From an uncultured Gammaproteobacteria bacterium (GTDB lineage: Bacteria > Patescibacteriota > Microgenomatia > UBA10105 > UBA927), in the NCBI GenBank assembly GCA_964445435.1, contig CAYUKU010000003.1:841-64840 (forward strand): 64,000 bases of DNA, given 5' to 3'. The position numbers and the translations under genes were made by a program. This document shows positions 48,938-58,274 of the stretch, piece by piece (position 1 is the stretch's first letter; each line of letters begins with the position of its first letter). The notes beneath the pieces were generated by a model that saw only the letters and a program-made list of their open reading frames with translations, was not told the DNA's origin and searched no databases.

Positions 48938-50166
48938 GCGGAAACTTCCCGAATAATCCGTTCTGCGTCGCGTTTCGATATTCGGGTCGGTAAATTGACG
49001 ATGCGAGGAGAGATATCTTCAGCATTTGGACATGTTCCCTTCTTGTAAAAAATGCTTGAGAAAACAACCCCCTTCGGGTCGATAACATTGTAGTACCAAT
49101 TTCCCAGAATCAGCCCCTGATGTTTCGCTCGGGACAGTACTCTTGCCGGCACATCTACAAGTATCGGAAACCGAAGATACGAAGCGCCGGGTCTGGATGC
49201 AAGAAGCGTCACGCCCTTGGCACCCTTCAGTTTTTGGCGGTACAAATCGGCAATTTCCTTCCGGACTGCCGTATACCGATCAAGTTTTTTCAGTTGATTT
49301 ATAAGAAGTGCTGCAAGCCCGTTGGGGTATTTCCGAGGAAAAACGGAGGGTCGCTGCGCGCGTTTCTCCTCCGGATACACCGGAAATCCCAACCAGCCGA
49401 TACGCTGGAAAATCCACAGCATCAGCTTGCCTACGCCAAGCTGATACCATGGGAGGATAAACGAAAACGCGATGGGATGGAACATCTGTTGTGCGATCCA
49501 AAATCCCGTGGGATACGGAATGCTGCCATGAAGCTCTTTCAGTCTTCGAAAGACCGCGGGGTGGGTCTCTGAAACAGCGGCCAAACCACCAAAGACACTT
49601 GACACCACCTTATCGCGCCCGAAACTGAAAATGGCCCCGTCACTCAAAGTTCCGACTTTCCTGCCTTCATAGGTCGCTCCAAGGCTGTGTGCACAATCCT
49701 CGATCACGACAAGGTTGTTTTTCCGGGCAAATGCCGATATCCTATTCATGTCCGCCGGTACACCAAACGTGTGCTGCACGATGATCGCTTTTGTCTTCCG
49801 AGAAACTTTCTTTGGGAGATCAGAAGGATCGAGATTCAGCGTCTCGTCTATGTCGACATATACCGGCTTGGCTCCGGCCCAGATGACGCTATTGGCCACT
49901 GCCACACATGTAAACGCCTGAATAAGCACCTCGTCGCCGACGCCAATGCCAAATGCGCGAAGCAACAGAAAGAGCGCGGATCGCCCGCTGTTGAATGTCA
50001 GCACTTGGCTGTTACCAAGATATTTGGCGAACCACCGTTCGGCTGTTAAGCGCGCAGGGCCCATAACCCATCGCCTGGGAGAAAAAAACATGCGAAGGGC
50101 TACCCAGACATCATCACGTTCGCTATTGGGTGAAAGCGACCCAGAGACTACATTCGGCGATATCAT
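48934..50166 (-). CDS. DegT/DnrJ/EryC1/StrS-family PLP-dependent enzyme
   Basis: NSGRSAL, GDEV, QHTFG, IEDCAH, SFGRDK. Confidence 0.85.
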   Translation of the reverse strand: MISPNVVSGSLSPNSERDDVWVALRMFFSPRRWVMGPARLTAERWFAKYLGNSQVLTFNSGRSALFLLLRAFGIGVGDEVLIQAFTCVAVANSVIWAGAKPVYVDIDETLNLDPSDLPKKVSRKTKAIIVQHTFGVPADMNRISAFARKNNLVVIEDCAHSLGATYEGRKVGTLSDGAIFSFGRDKVVSSVFGGLAAVSETHPAVFRRLKELHGSIPYPTGFWIAQQMFHPIAFSFILPWYQLGVGKLMLWIFQRIGWLGFPVYPEEKRAQRPSVFPRKYPNGLAALLINQLKKLDRYTAVRKEIADLYRQKLKGAKGVTLLASRPGASYLRFPILVDVPARVLSRAKHQGLILGNWYYNVIDPKGVVFSSIFYKKGTCPNAEDISPRIVNLPTRISKRDAERIIREVSA

Positions 50167-51608
50167 ACGAGTAATTGTAGCACGGCGGCGGCCTGTTTCC
50201 CTTTGAAGAGAACGGTATCTCCTTTTCGTACCGTTTTGCGGATATGCTCTGCGGCTGCCTTTGGAGAAAGGACTAAAACGCCCATTTTGCCTGAGTATGC
50301 CTCAAAAACTTCCCTATAACTGTCATTGGTAAGAATAATCTCTGAAATTGTCTGTGACGCAAGTCTCGCAACATCCTCGTGACTGCTTTGAGCGTACTGT
50401 CCGAGCTCTATCATCGGTTGGAATACCATGATTCTTCTGCCTCGACGTGTTCCCAGATACAGAAGGGCAGCTTTTGCTGCGTCGGGATTGTTATTGAACG
50501 TATCATCGATAAATTGTGCCTGGTTGACACCCGGAACCGGAACCATGGTGCGCGTCACAGGAGTAATATGCCGGCACGCCTGGATAATTTCATCCAGGGT
50601 CATCCCGCATGCACGCGCAGCGGCAATAGTCGCCAGAGTATTGGAGACATGGTGTGTCCCCACGAGTGGAATTGAAACGGTTGCGGTCTCGTTCTTGGTT
50701 TTCAGTGTAAACGTGAGCGCATTGCCTTTCAAGACCGGCGAGACCCCGACATAAAGACATTCTTTCGCGAAAGACGTATTCGTGGTGTAGCCTATGACTT
50801 TTGTCCCCGACCCCTCCGCTTTTTGAGCCATCCGACGGACGAATTCATTATCGTAATTCATGATAGCAATGCCGTCATCGGTAAGTCCTTCGACTAATTC
50901 GTACTTCGCCTGAATCGTATTTTCCAGACTTCCGAACAAATCCTGATGCTGTGCGTTTACGGCGGTAACAATCCCGATCGTTGGCCGAACCATCTTTGCC
51001 ATGTATGCGATTTCACCTTTCTTATAGGCGCCCATTTCTACAATAAAGACTTCACAGTCAGGGGAAAGTTGCGCTAACACCACCTCTGCGATCGCAATGG
51101 GGGAATTTTTGCTGGCCTTCGTCGTAAGGACGCGATACTTCCGGGAAAGCACGGTACCAAGCATTTCTTTGGTAGAAGTTTTCCCGTAACTGCCGGTTAT
51201 TCCGATGACGATCATCGGTCTGTGCGCCCGAAGTTTTGTCACAGCCATGCGTATAAGGATCGCATGATATATCGCAGTGGGGAGTTTGAGCGCAGTAACC
51301 AAAACTGACACGACCGGAAACGTCAACGCATCAACCGCAAGAAGTCTAACGAAGAGCGATCCGGGAATACTCATCCCCAGGAAAACAAGGAAAGCAACAC
51401 TGAAAACTCCAAGCACTATCGTCTTCGGCGTAATCGAAGGCCGTCGTAAGGGCGGAAACAAAATCGACCCACCCTGCGGGCTTCGCAGGTGGATAAGCAT
51501 CCTGTCCCACCGGTATTCTTTCAAATACCAGAGACTTATGTATGCCAGAATGTTGAGAAAAATCCGTATCGCCCAAAAGGCGCCAAGAATGATAGAAAAA
51601 ATATTCAT
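50163..51608 (-). CDS. murF: MurF with N-terminal membrane segments
   Basis: GITGSYGKTSTKE, EMGAY..GEI, IDDTFNNNP, MIELG, LFKG. Confidence 0.88.
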   Translation of the reverse strand: MNIFSIILGAFWAIRIFLNILAYISLWYLKEYRWDRMLIHLRSPQGGSILFPPLRRPSITPKTIVLGVFSVAFLVFLGMSIPGSLFVRLLAVDALTFPVVSVLVTALKLPTAIYHAILIRMAVTKLRAHRPMIVIGITGSYGKTSTKEMLGTVLSRKYRVLTTKASKNSPIAIAEVVLAQLSPDCEVFIVEMGAYKKGEIAYMAKMVRPTIGIVTAVNAQHQDLFGSLENTIQAKYELVEGLTDDGIAIMNYDNEFVRRMAQKAEGSGTKVIGYTTNTSFAKECLYVGVSPVLKGNALTFTLKTKNETATVSIPLVGTHHVSNTLATIAAARACGMTLDEIIQACRHITPVTRTMVPVPGVNQAQFIDDTFNNNPDAAKAALLYLGTRRGRRIMVFQPMIELGQYAQSSHEDVARLASQTISEIILTNDSYREVFEAYSGKMGVLVLSPKAAAEHIRKTVRKGDTVLFKGKQAAAVLQLLV

Positions 51609-52333
51609 ATCTTTTTCAAAAAGGGTTCAATATGAGATATGAATGTCGCCGGATCCTTAAACGGCACTCCATGATCGCGGTCTGCTATCACGACAAGCTG
51701 CGACCCTCGGATGCGCTCGTGCATTTTTCGTGCAATCCACACAGGAGTAATTTGATCCAGACTCCCCCACACCAAGAGACACGGGACAGCAACACGTGCC
51801 ATGGTCGGCGTGAGATCCTCCTGTACGATAAGTTTAAACGTTTCACGCATTACCCCTTCGGCACGATAAAATTCGCGCGCACCGACAAGCCAGTAATACC
51901 AAAGCCGGATTTTCTCTTGAAGGAGGCTAAACGGCCACAAGGAAAAGAAAAACTTCCCCACCTTTGCCAAAAGTATGAACACCATCAGTTTCTTCCTCGG
52001 CACGGGTGTAAACCCGGGCGTACCGGTTAGCACTAACGCCCTGAGCTCTTTCGGAGTGTCCATGCAGTATTTGAGCGATACTCTGCCTCCGAATGAATGA
52101 CCGATGAGAACCACGTCATTGAGTTTGTTCTTGCGGATATACATTTTCAGAAACTCAACATAGTGAGAAAGCGAATACGGTATAGGCGGAGCTGAGGCCT
52201 CTCCAAACCCGGGAAAGTCAGGGACAAACACGTTGTATCCTTTTTTTCGCAGTGCAGCTCCAAGTACTTCGAAACGCTTGGACGACAATCCCCATCCGTG
52301 CAAGATAACGATAGCAGGACGCAATTTTTTCAT
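51605..52333 (-). CDS. Alpha/beta-fold hydrolase
   Basis: LHGWG, DFPGFG, GHSFGG, WGSLD, H. Confidence 0.85.
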   Translation of the reverse strand: MKKLRPAIVILHGWGLSSKRFEVLGAALRKKGYNVFVPDFPGFGEASAPPIPYSLSHYVEFLKMYIRKNKLNDVVLIGHSFGGRVSLKYCMDTPKELRALVLTGTPGFTPVPRKKLMVFILLAKVGKFFFSLWPFSLLQEKIRLWYYWLVGAREFYRAEGVMRETFKLIVQEDLTPTMARVAVPCLLVWGSLDQITPVWIARKMHERIRGSQLVVIADRDHGVPFKDPATFISHIEPFLKKI

Positions 52334-52335
52334 AG

Positions 52336-53649
52336 TTAGAGAATTTTACGGAATTCGTCCCGGGAAGAAGCGGCTGTCTTCGTGTTGGAGACTGCTGTAT
52401 ATGAACCCCTGGCAAGCGAAACGAAGCTACCCTCAGGGATATCCCGATCCAGGGTGACGCCCGCGCCGACGAAGGAACCCCTCCCGATTTTGATACCCGG
52501 CATGATGCTTGCGTTGACGCCTATCCGAACGCCCTCCCCGATCATGCTTCCCAATTTCGTTCGCCCGGTCGGTACCTTCTGGTCCTTAACAACGGAAAAA
52601 ATTTCTCCATCGTCCAGTCGCAGATTTGCCAGGACCGCACCGGAACCCATACTCACGTTTCCCTCAAGGACACTGTCCCCGATGTAATTACTGTGAAACC
52701 AGGAGTTGTCTCCAATATAGCTTCGGGTGATATCGGTATTGAATCCCGTCACACAATGCTTCCCGAGATAACTCTGACGGATGATGTTATTGTTTCCGAT
52801 GATAGTATTATCCCCGATGTACGCAGGGCCGACTATTTTCGTATTTTCAAAAATACGCACGTTATCACCCAGATACACCGTGCCTTCTATCGTGACGCTG
52901 GGTTTGATTTGCACTCCCTTTCCTCTATGAGCCCTGAAATTATTTTCCCAAAGAGCCGAAAGTACATCCAGTACGTTCCAGGGATATTTGAGTGAGGCAA
53001 ATGACCCTTCATAGGGCATAACGAGAACTTTTTCCCGAAGCGCGAGCATTGTCATGGCCCGTTCATACGCGTCGTCGCTTCCCGGAGGGGTTTGACCAAG
53101 CTCTTCCAGGAATGCGGAACTGTCGCTTATATACTGTCCTGAAACCGCAACATACGGACCCGGTAATTCGTTTGGATGGGGCTTTTCTATGATTCCCAAT
53201 ACCCGGTTTCCGTCGGTTTTGAGGTACCCACCAGGAAAGTATTCTTTCGGTTTCCAACCCGCGATCACGGCAAATGCGTTTTCATGCTTTGCGAAACCAA
53301 CGACGCGCTCATACAAATCTGTGGGCACCACATCGTCAGCGATGACGATAAGAAGCCGACTGTTTTCGAGTTCTTCCCGTGCACAGAGAAGTGCGTCCGC
53401 CATGCCGAGCGGTTGCGCCTGAAGGACAGTCAGCGTGGGTTTGGGAAATTTGAGTTTCGAAATCATGTCACGATTATGGGTGTTGGATACGACCACTACA
53501 CGGTCAACTTCTGCCGGAAGCCCGGAAAGGGTATTCAACTCAAATAGGGTGCTTCCAAGAAAGGGAAAAAATGTTTTGTTGGTGTGAAACGGCCAGAATC
53601 GGCTGGCCGCGCCGGCTGCCAAGACAACTGCAACGAGCGGCTTGTTCAT
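52336..53649 (-). CDS. Archaeal-type bifunctional sugar-1-phosphate nucleotidyltransferase/acetyltransferase (GlmU-like)
   Basis: LAAGAASRF, QPLGMADA, IEKP, YPWNVL, hexapeptide repeats, YIGDS, NLRLD, KLG..IG. Confidence 0.82.
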   Translation of the reverse strand: MNKPLVAVVLAAGAASRFWPFHTNKTFFPFLGSTLFELNTLSGLPAEVDRVVVVSNTHNRDMISKLKFPKPTLTVLQAQPLGMADALLCAREELENSRLLIVIADDVVPTDLYERVVGFAKHENAFAVIAGWKPKEYFPGGYLKTDGNRVLGIIEKPHPNELPGPYVAVSGQYISDSSAFLEELGQTPPGSDDAYERAMTMLALREKVLVMPYEGSFASLKYPWNVLDVLSALWENNFRAHRGKGVQIKPSVTIEGTVYLGDNVRIFENTKIVGPAYIGDNTIIGNNNIIRQSYLGKHCVTGFNTDITRSYIGDNSWFHSNYIGDSVLEGNVSMGSGAVLANLRLDDGEIFSVVKDQKVPTGRTKLGSMIGEGVRIGVNASIMPGIKIGRGSFVGAGVTLDRDIPEGSFVSLARGSYTAVSNTKTAASSRDEFRKIL

Positions 53650-54983
53650 ACTGATTCCCCCTTCATTCGTCGAATATTTGCGCCTAATCCTGTCAAACGG
53701 TCCTCAATCTTCTCATATCCGCGGTCGACCTGTTCTGCTCCGTGAATATAACTTTCTCCACTGGCAGCCAGGGCCGCCAAAATAAGCGTCGCACCGGCCC
53801 GAAGATCGTGAATGTCGACAACCGCGTTATGAAGTTTCACAGGACCGGTAATCCGTATCGCCTGATGGTACCCTTCGACTCTGTCAGCCCAATTGAAGTT
53901 ATAAAACTCGTCCGGATCCGAAACAGGAGGGTCGAAAAATTCCACGTGGGCACCCATCTTCTTAAGTTCACTCACATAGCTGAATCTGCTTTCAAATACC
54001 GTTTCATGGATGGTTGATACACCACTTGCCTGTGTCATAAACACTGCCCACGGAGCCTGCCAGTCGGTCATAAATCCGGGATGGGGCAGCGTTACCACGT
54101 CCGTAGGCTTCGGAGTATCATTCATAAAATATGCGGTTGTGTTTTCATCAATCTCATCGTACTGCCCCCCGGCTGCTTTATATTTCTCCAAAAAATCCTT
54201 AAGAACCGTTCTTCTGGAACCATGCACGGTAATCCGTCCCCGTGTCATAGCGGCGGCAAGAGCAAACGTCACCTCTTCGTTTCTGTCCGGCAATATTGCA
54301 TACGAAGCACCATGCAGACGTTCAACCCCGACAATGGTTATTTCACGCGGTGCGGTACGTCTGATATCTGCCCCCATACGCGTCAGAAGCGTGATAAGTT
54401 CATCAACCTCCACTTCTTCCGCCGCGTTTTTTAGAACAGTTGTCCCTTTCGCTAACACGGCAGCCAGAAGAAGGGTTTCGGTACCCGTATGCGTGTTCTT
54501 GGGAAACGTGATTGTCGCTCCTACCAGCTCATCCGATTTGGCGTAGAAATAACCATCCTGTGAGTTGTACTCGATGGACGCGCCCATATCTCGAAGCGCA
54601 GCTACATGCCGATCGATTGGACGGGCGCCCAATCTGCAGCCACCAGGGTTGGGTATTTTCGCCTTCTTATACCGGGCAAGAAGCGGACCTAGAACCATCG
54701 ACGAGGTGCGAAGGCGCGCACCCACCTCAAGTGGAACAGTCGAATTTCGAAGGTGTCCGTTCTGGATGGTCACCGTATGACCGACAATTTCATATGTAAG
54801 GCCCAGGCTCTTGAGGACCTCCAGAAGCGAAAACACGTCTGCAAGAAGCGGCAGATTTTCGATGATCAGCTTATCATCTGTGAGAAGCGATGCAATGAGG
54901 ACTTTCAGTGCGACATTCTTAGCCCCTCCCAGAGTAATCTGTCCACGCAGCGGCTTGCCACCGGTAATCACAAACGTATCCAT
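53646..54983 (-). CDS. murA: UDP-GlcNAc enolpyruvyl transferase MurA
   Basis: GAKN, PGGCRLGARP, PHPGFMTD, ETVFESR, DLRAG, DRGYE. Confidence 0.95.
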   Translation of the reverse strand: MDTFVITGGKPLRGQITLGGAKNVALKVLIASLLTDDKLIIENLPLLADVFSLLEVLKSLGLTYEIVGHTVTIQNGHLRNSTVPLEVGARLRTSSMVLGPLLARYKKAKIPNPGGCRLGARPIDRHVAALRDMGASIEYNSQDGYFYAKSDELVGATITFPKNTHTGTETLLLAAVLAKGTTVLKNAAEEVEVDELITLLTRMGADIRRTAPREITIVGVERLHGASYAILPDRNEEVTFALAAAMTRGRITVHGSRRTVLKDFLEKYKAAGGQYDEIDENTTAYFMNDTPKPTDVVTLPHPGFMTDWQAPWAVFMTQASGVSTIHETVFESRFSYVSELKKMGAHVEFFDPPVSDPDEFYNFNWADRVEGYHQAIRITGPVKLHNAVVDIHDLRAGATLILAALAASGESYIHGAEQVDRGYEKIEDRLTGLGANIRRMKGESV

Positions 54984-54986
54984 ACC

Positions 54987-55124
54987 AGGTTGTGAAATTT
55001 CGACTGTTGCCTTTTATGGCTTTCGAGTCTAAATGTCCCTTTCGTTATTAAGAACCCAACATTGCTCATAAAATATCCCTGATACTCGGGCAACGCGAGA
55101 AAGCCATGTCGAAATTCTACTACC
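54987..55124. ncRNA. Candidate structured RNA in the murB-murA spacer
   Basis: Nested perfect stems AATTTCGAC/GTCGAAATT and ATGGCTTTC/GAAAGCCAT, plus complementary bulges GTTGCC/GGCAAC. Confidence 0.5.
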
Positions 55125-55132
55125 TAGCATAG

Positions 55133-56113
55133 TTAGAATTCTCCCGCCCGTTCAATTTCTTCTTGAAGCGTGACGCCAAATTGGCTTTTAACTTGATCTC
55201 TGGCCTTAGTTATTAATTGTACCACATCAGAAGCAGTCGCTTTTCCGAGGTTAATGATGAAATTTGCATGTACCGGCGATATTTGTGCATCGCCAATAGT
55301 AAGACCTTTCAGTCCGGCGTGATCGACGAGAAATCCTGCACTTGTGGCTTTTTCGGGAAGTCCGCGCGCCATCACTTCGCTTATCGGCACGTTGCGAAAC
55401 GTACAGCCCGCGCTTTTGATCCCCTGGGGCTGTGTCTGCCTCCGATAACTGATACTTTCATTTGCGATAGACCAGAGACGGTCCTTGTCGTCGCGCGAAA
55501 ATGCAAACACCACGGACAGGACAATATCGCGGGAGGTCTGTATCACGCTGGTGTCATATGCAAATTGGAAATATTTCTGTGGCACCACTTTGCGTTGCCC
55601 ATCCGGCGTGAGAATCTCCGCCTGATACACGACATCGCCGACATATCCGGGAGGGTTCGTCCATTTTGAATTCATATAGACGGCGCCGCCCACCGACCCG
55701 GGAAGCCCCAAGTGCATTTCCAGACCACGAAGACCCTCCTGTGCCGTAAAGCGAACCAGTTGATTTATGACGACGCCGCTTTCCGCCTGGACATAGACTT
55801 TGTGCGTTTCCAAGTGCGCGGAAAGCTGACCCTTCATACCGACGACCCGAATTTTATTGGTACTGTTTTTTATCACCAGCCCGCGAATTCCCTTGTCTCC
55901 TATAAGGAGATTTGTTCCGCCACCGAGGATAAATACCGGTATATTCAATTTGCGAGCTTCAGTAACGGCAATCACAAGTTCATCGACAGTCGTCACGTTT
56001 ATAAAGTAGTCAGCTGGACCACCGATTTTGAAAGTCGTATACGGGGCAAGGGGTTCATCTTGCCTGAGTTTATCGCCGAATACCTTTTTAAGATGAATTG
56101 CTGTGGCTTCCAT
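55133..56113 (-). CDS. murB: UDP-N-acetylenolpyruvoylglucosamine reductase MurB
   Basis: TTFKIGGPA, LGGGTNLL, PGSVGGA.YMN, SAGCTFRN, HANFIIN, E. Confidence 0.95.
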   Translation of the reverse strand: MEATAIHLKKVFGDKLRQDEPLAPYTTFKIGGPADYFINVTTVDELVIAVTEARKLNIPVFILGGGTNLLIGDKGIRGLVIKNSTNKIRVVGMKGQLSAHLETHKVYVQAESGVVINQLVRFTAQEGLRGLEMHLGLPGSVGGAVYMNSKWTNPPGYVGDVVYQAEILTPDGQRKVVPQKYFQFAYDTSVIQTSRDIVLSVVFAFSRDDKDRLWSIANESISYRRQTQPQGIKSAGCTFRNVPISEVMARGLPEKATSAGFLVDHAGLKGLTIGDAQISPVHANFIINLGKATASDVVQLITKARDQVKSQFGVTLQEEIERAGEF

Positions 56114-56115
56114 AG

Positions 56116-57543
56116 TTATATGCGTGACCGCAGCCTATCTATCGTATCTTTTTCCCAACTGTATATGCTTCCTGCTCCCATAAAAACGACGACACTGTGT
56201 TTCTCCTGGACGTTTTGTAAAAATGAAATCACATCTTCTTTCCCCGGTGTGAAAAACACGTGCTGGTGATTTTTTCGGATTTCCTCACAGAGCATTCCTC
56301 CGGTTATCTCGTGTGTATCTCTTTCGCGAGCAGAAGCGTAAATGTCAGTGCACAGCACTATATCCGCATTCTCGAACGCCCGGCCAAACTGTGAAAAAAG
56401 CGCTTTCGTCCTAGAGTACGTATGTGCTTGGAAAACCGCGATAATCGTCTCTTTGGGATACCACAATCTGGCAGCAGTCAGTGTGGCAATAATTTCTCTC
56501 GGGTGATGCGCATAATCATCATAGAACGTCATGGTGTCGGTCTGTCCTAATTTTTCGAAGCGTCGCTTAGCCCCGCCAAATGCTGCAAGTGCACGTTTAC
56601 TTATCTCCCACGGCACACCCAGTGAAAATGCAGCGACGCACGCCGCCGCAGCGTTTGCCATATTGTGCGCTCCGGGAACCTGCAGCTTAATGGAGATGGG
56701 GTCTTTTTCATTGTGCATCAGTGTAAAAGTGCTTGCCCCCGCGGAAAACTGTTCGTCTGTTATGCGAAAATCAGCCCGCTGATTGCGTCCATACGTTATA
56801 ACGATTCGCGAGGAGTTCTTTGTGAGAATTTCGCTTGCAGGATCGTCGGCGTTTACCACCGTTATTCCCTTGGGAGGTTGGTTCATCTGAAGCTTGAGAA
56901 ACGCTTTTTTGACAGCGGCAAGCGTCGGATATACGTCCGGATGATCAAAGTCGATATTGGTTACCACAAGAATCTCCGGCGTTTGCCAAAGAAAACGGGG
57001 TGTCGCGTCGTGGGCCGGATCAGTGACATATTCGTCGGCCTCCGCAACGAAAAAATCCCCCTCCCCGAAGTGTCCGGGAAACCCGAGTCCGCCAATCACG
57101 CCGGATCCAATGGCATACGAGGGATCACCTCCAGCTTCCCGCAAAATGGCAGCAATCATCGCGCTTGTCGTTGTCTTCCCGTGGCTTCCGGCAACAGAAA
57201 TCTGTCTTTTGCCAGCCATCGCGTATCCCAGGGCCTTCCCATGGGGAAATGCCGGTATGCCCAAACGCCGAGCCTCAATAACTTCTGGGTTGTCCCGTCC
57301 GTGGTGAGCTCCCGTGTAGATAACGATATCCGGCTTCGCTTGTGCGATATGGGACGCATCGAAACCCACAAACGGCACGATATTCACTTCCCTGAGAATC
57401 GGATCGCTCGGAAACTCCTCTTCGACATCGGATCCCGTTACGGCAATACCCCTCTCCTTCGCCCAAACCGAAAGCGCCGCCATGGCAATTCCCTTGATAC
57501 CGACGAAATGAATACGTTTGACTGAATGGAAATTCATGTCCAT
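56116..57543 (-). CDS. murC: UDP-MurNAc--L-alanine ligase MurC
   Basis: IHFVGIKGIAM, GSHGKTTT, EADE, NIDFDH, RRFE, DDYAHHP, HTYSRT. Confidence 0.95.
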   Translation of the reverse strand: MDMNFHSVKRIHFVGIKGIAMAALSVWAKERGIAVTGSDVEEEFPSDPILREVNIVPFVGFDASHIAQAKPDIVIYTGAHHGRDNPEVIEARRLGIPAFPHGKALGYAMAGKRQISVAGSHGKTTTSAMIAAILREAGGDPSYAIGSGVIGGLGFPGHFGEGDFFVAEADEYVTDPAHDATPRFLWQTPEILVVTNIDFDHPDVYPTLAAVKKAFLKLQMNQPPKGITVVNADDPASEILTKNSSRIVITYGRNQRADFRITDEQFSAGASTFTLMHNEKDPISIKLQVPGAHNMANAAAACVAAFSLGVPWEISKRALAAFGGAKRRFEKLGQTDTMTFYDDYAHHPREIIATLTAARLWYPKETIIAVFQAHTYSRTKALFSQFGRAFENADIVLCTDIYASARERDTHEITGGMLCEEIRKNHQHVFFTPGKEDVISFLQNVQEKHSVVVFMGAGSIYSWEKDTIDRLRSRI

Positions 57544-57546
57544 AGA

Positions 57547-58272
57547 TTATTGTACTGCCATAACGGCAAGGATTTCTCCGAACGTGCTTTCACTATCTTT
57601 TCGAAACGAAAAAAATCGATCGTTCTGGCAGGAAGTACACACGGGCGGACTATCAATCTGGCTTGCGGTAATGCCAGACCCAAGAAGTTCCAGACGATTG
57701 ACGTATCCTATATCAAGATGCCAGCCGTCATCCATTTTCGATGCGACCCGTTCATCCTTTTGGTATTCGTTCAAGAAGAGCTTTGCGCGATCCTCTGAAA
57801 CACTATAGCAACACATTCCGATATGCGGCCCTATGGAAACCCGGATGTTGGCGGCATTACTTCCCAGATCTATCATAGTCTGGAGCGTTTTTTTTGCGAT
57901 TCCGGCAATCGTACCTTTCCACCCTGCATGAGCTACTGCAAATATGTGTTTTTTCGTGTCCAAAAGAAGAAGCGGCACACAATCCGCAACGATTACTCCT
58001 ATTGATACTCCCTCCCGTCGGTCAACCACCAGTGCGTCAGCTTCTGATACTCTATTGGCGTGCGCGTCATCAATTACCTCTACGCGTGACCCGTGTACCT
58101 GATTTGCCATAACGAGCCGATCGGGATCCAAATGGAGACGCTTAAGAAACGCCCTGCGCGCGTCAAAACGACGCATATCTCCCGCATTCCGAAGCGAATA
58201 TGCGTGCATCAGTGCACTCTCGCGGGCAAGAAGACTTGATTGTATATACGCGTGATCGTTTGATATGAACAT
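57547..58272 (-). CDS. pgeF: PgeF/YfiH-family protein
   Basis: QVHG, ADCVP, HAGWKG, GPHIG.CCY, CTSC, FFSFR. Confidence 0.9.
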   Translation of the reverse strand: MFISNDHAYIQSSLLARESALMHAYSLRNAGDMRRFDARRAFLKRLHLDPDRLVMANQVHGSRVEVIDDAHANRVSEADALVVDRREGVSIGVIVADCVPLLLLDTKKHIFAVAHAGWKGTIAGIAKKTLQTMIDLGSNAANIRVSIGPHIGMCCYSVSEDRAKLFLNEYQKDERVASKMDDGWHLDIGYVNRLELLGSGITASQIDSPPVCTSCQNDRFFSFRKDSESTFGEILAVMAVQ

Positions 58273-58274
58273 GA

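Noticed and set aside
54985-55011. FMN-riboswitch-like start (GTGAAATTTCGACTG)
   Set aside because: Wrong strand for murA, and the rest of the RFN consensus is absent
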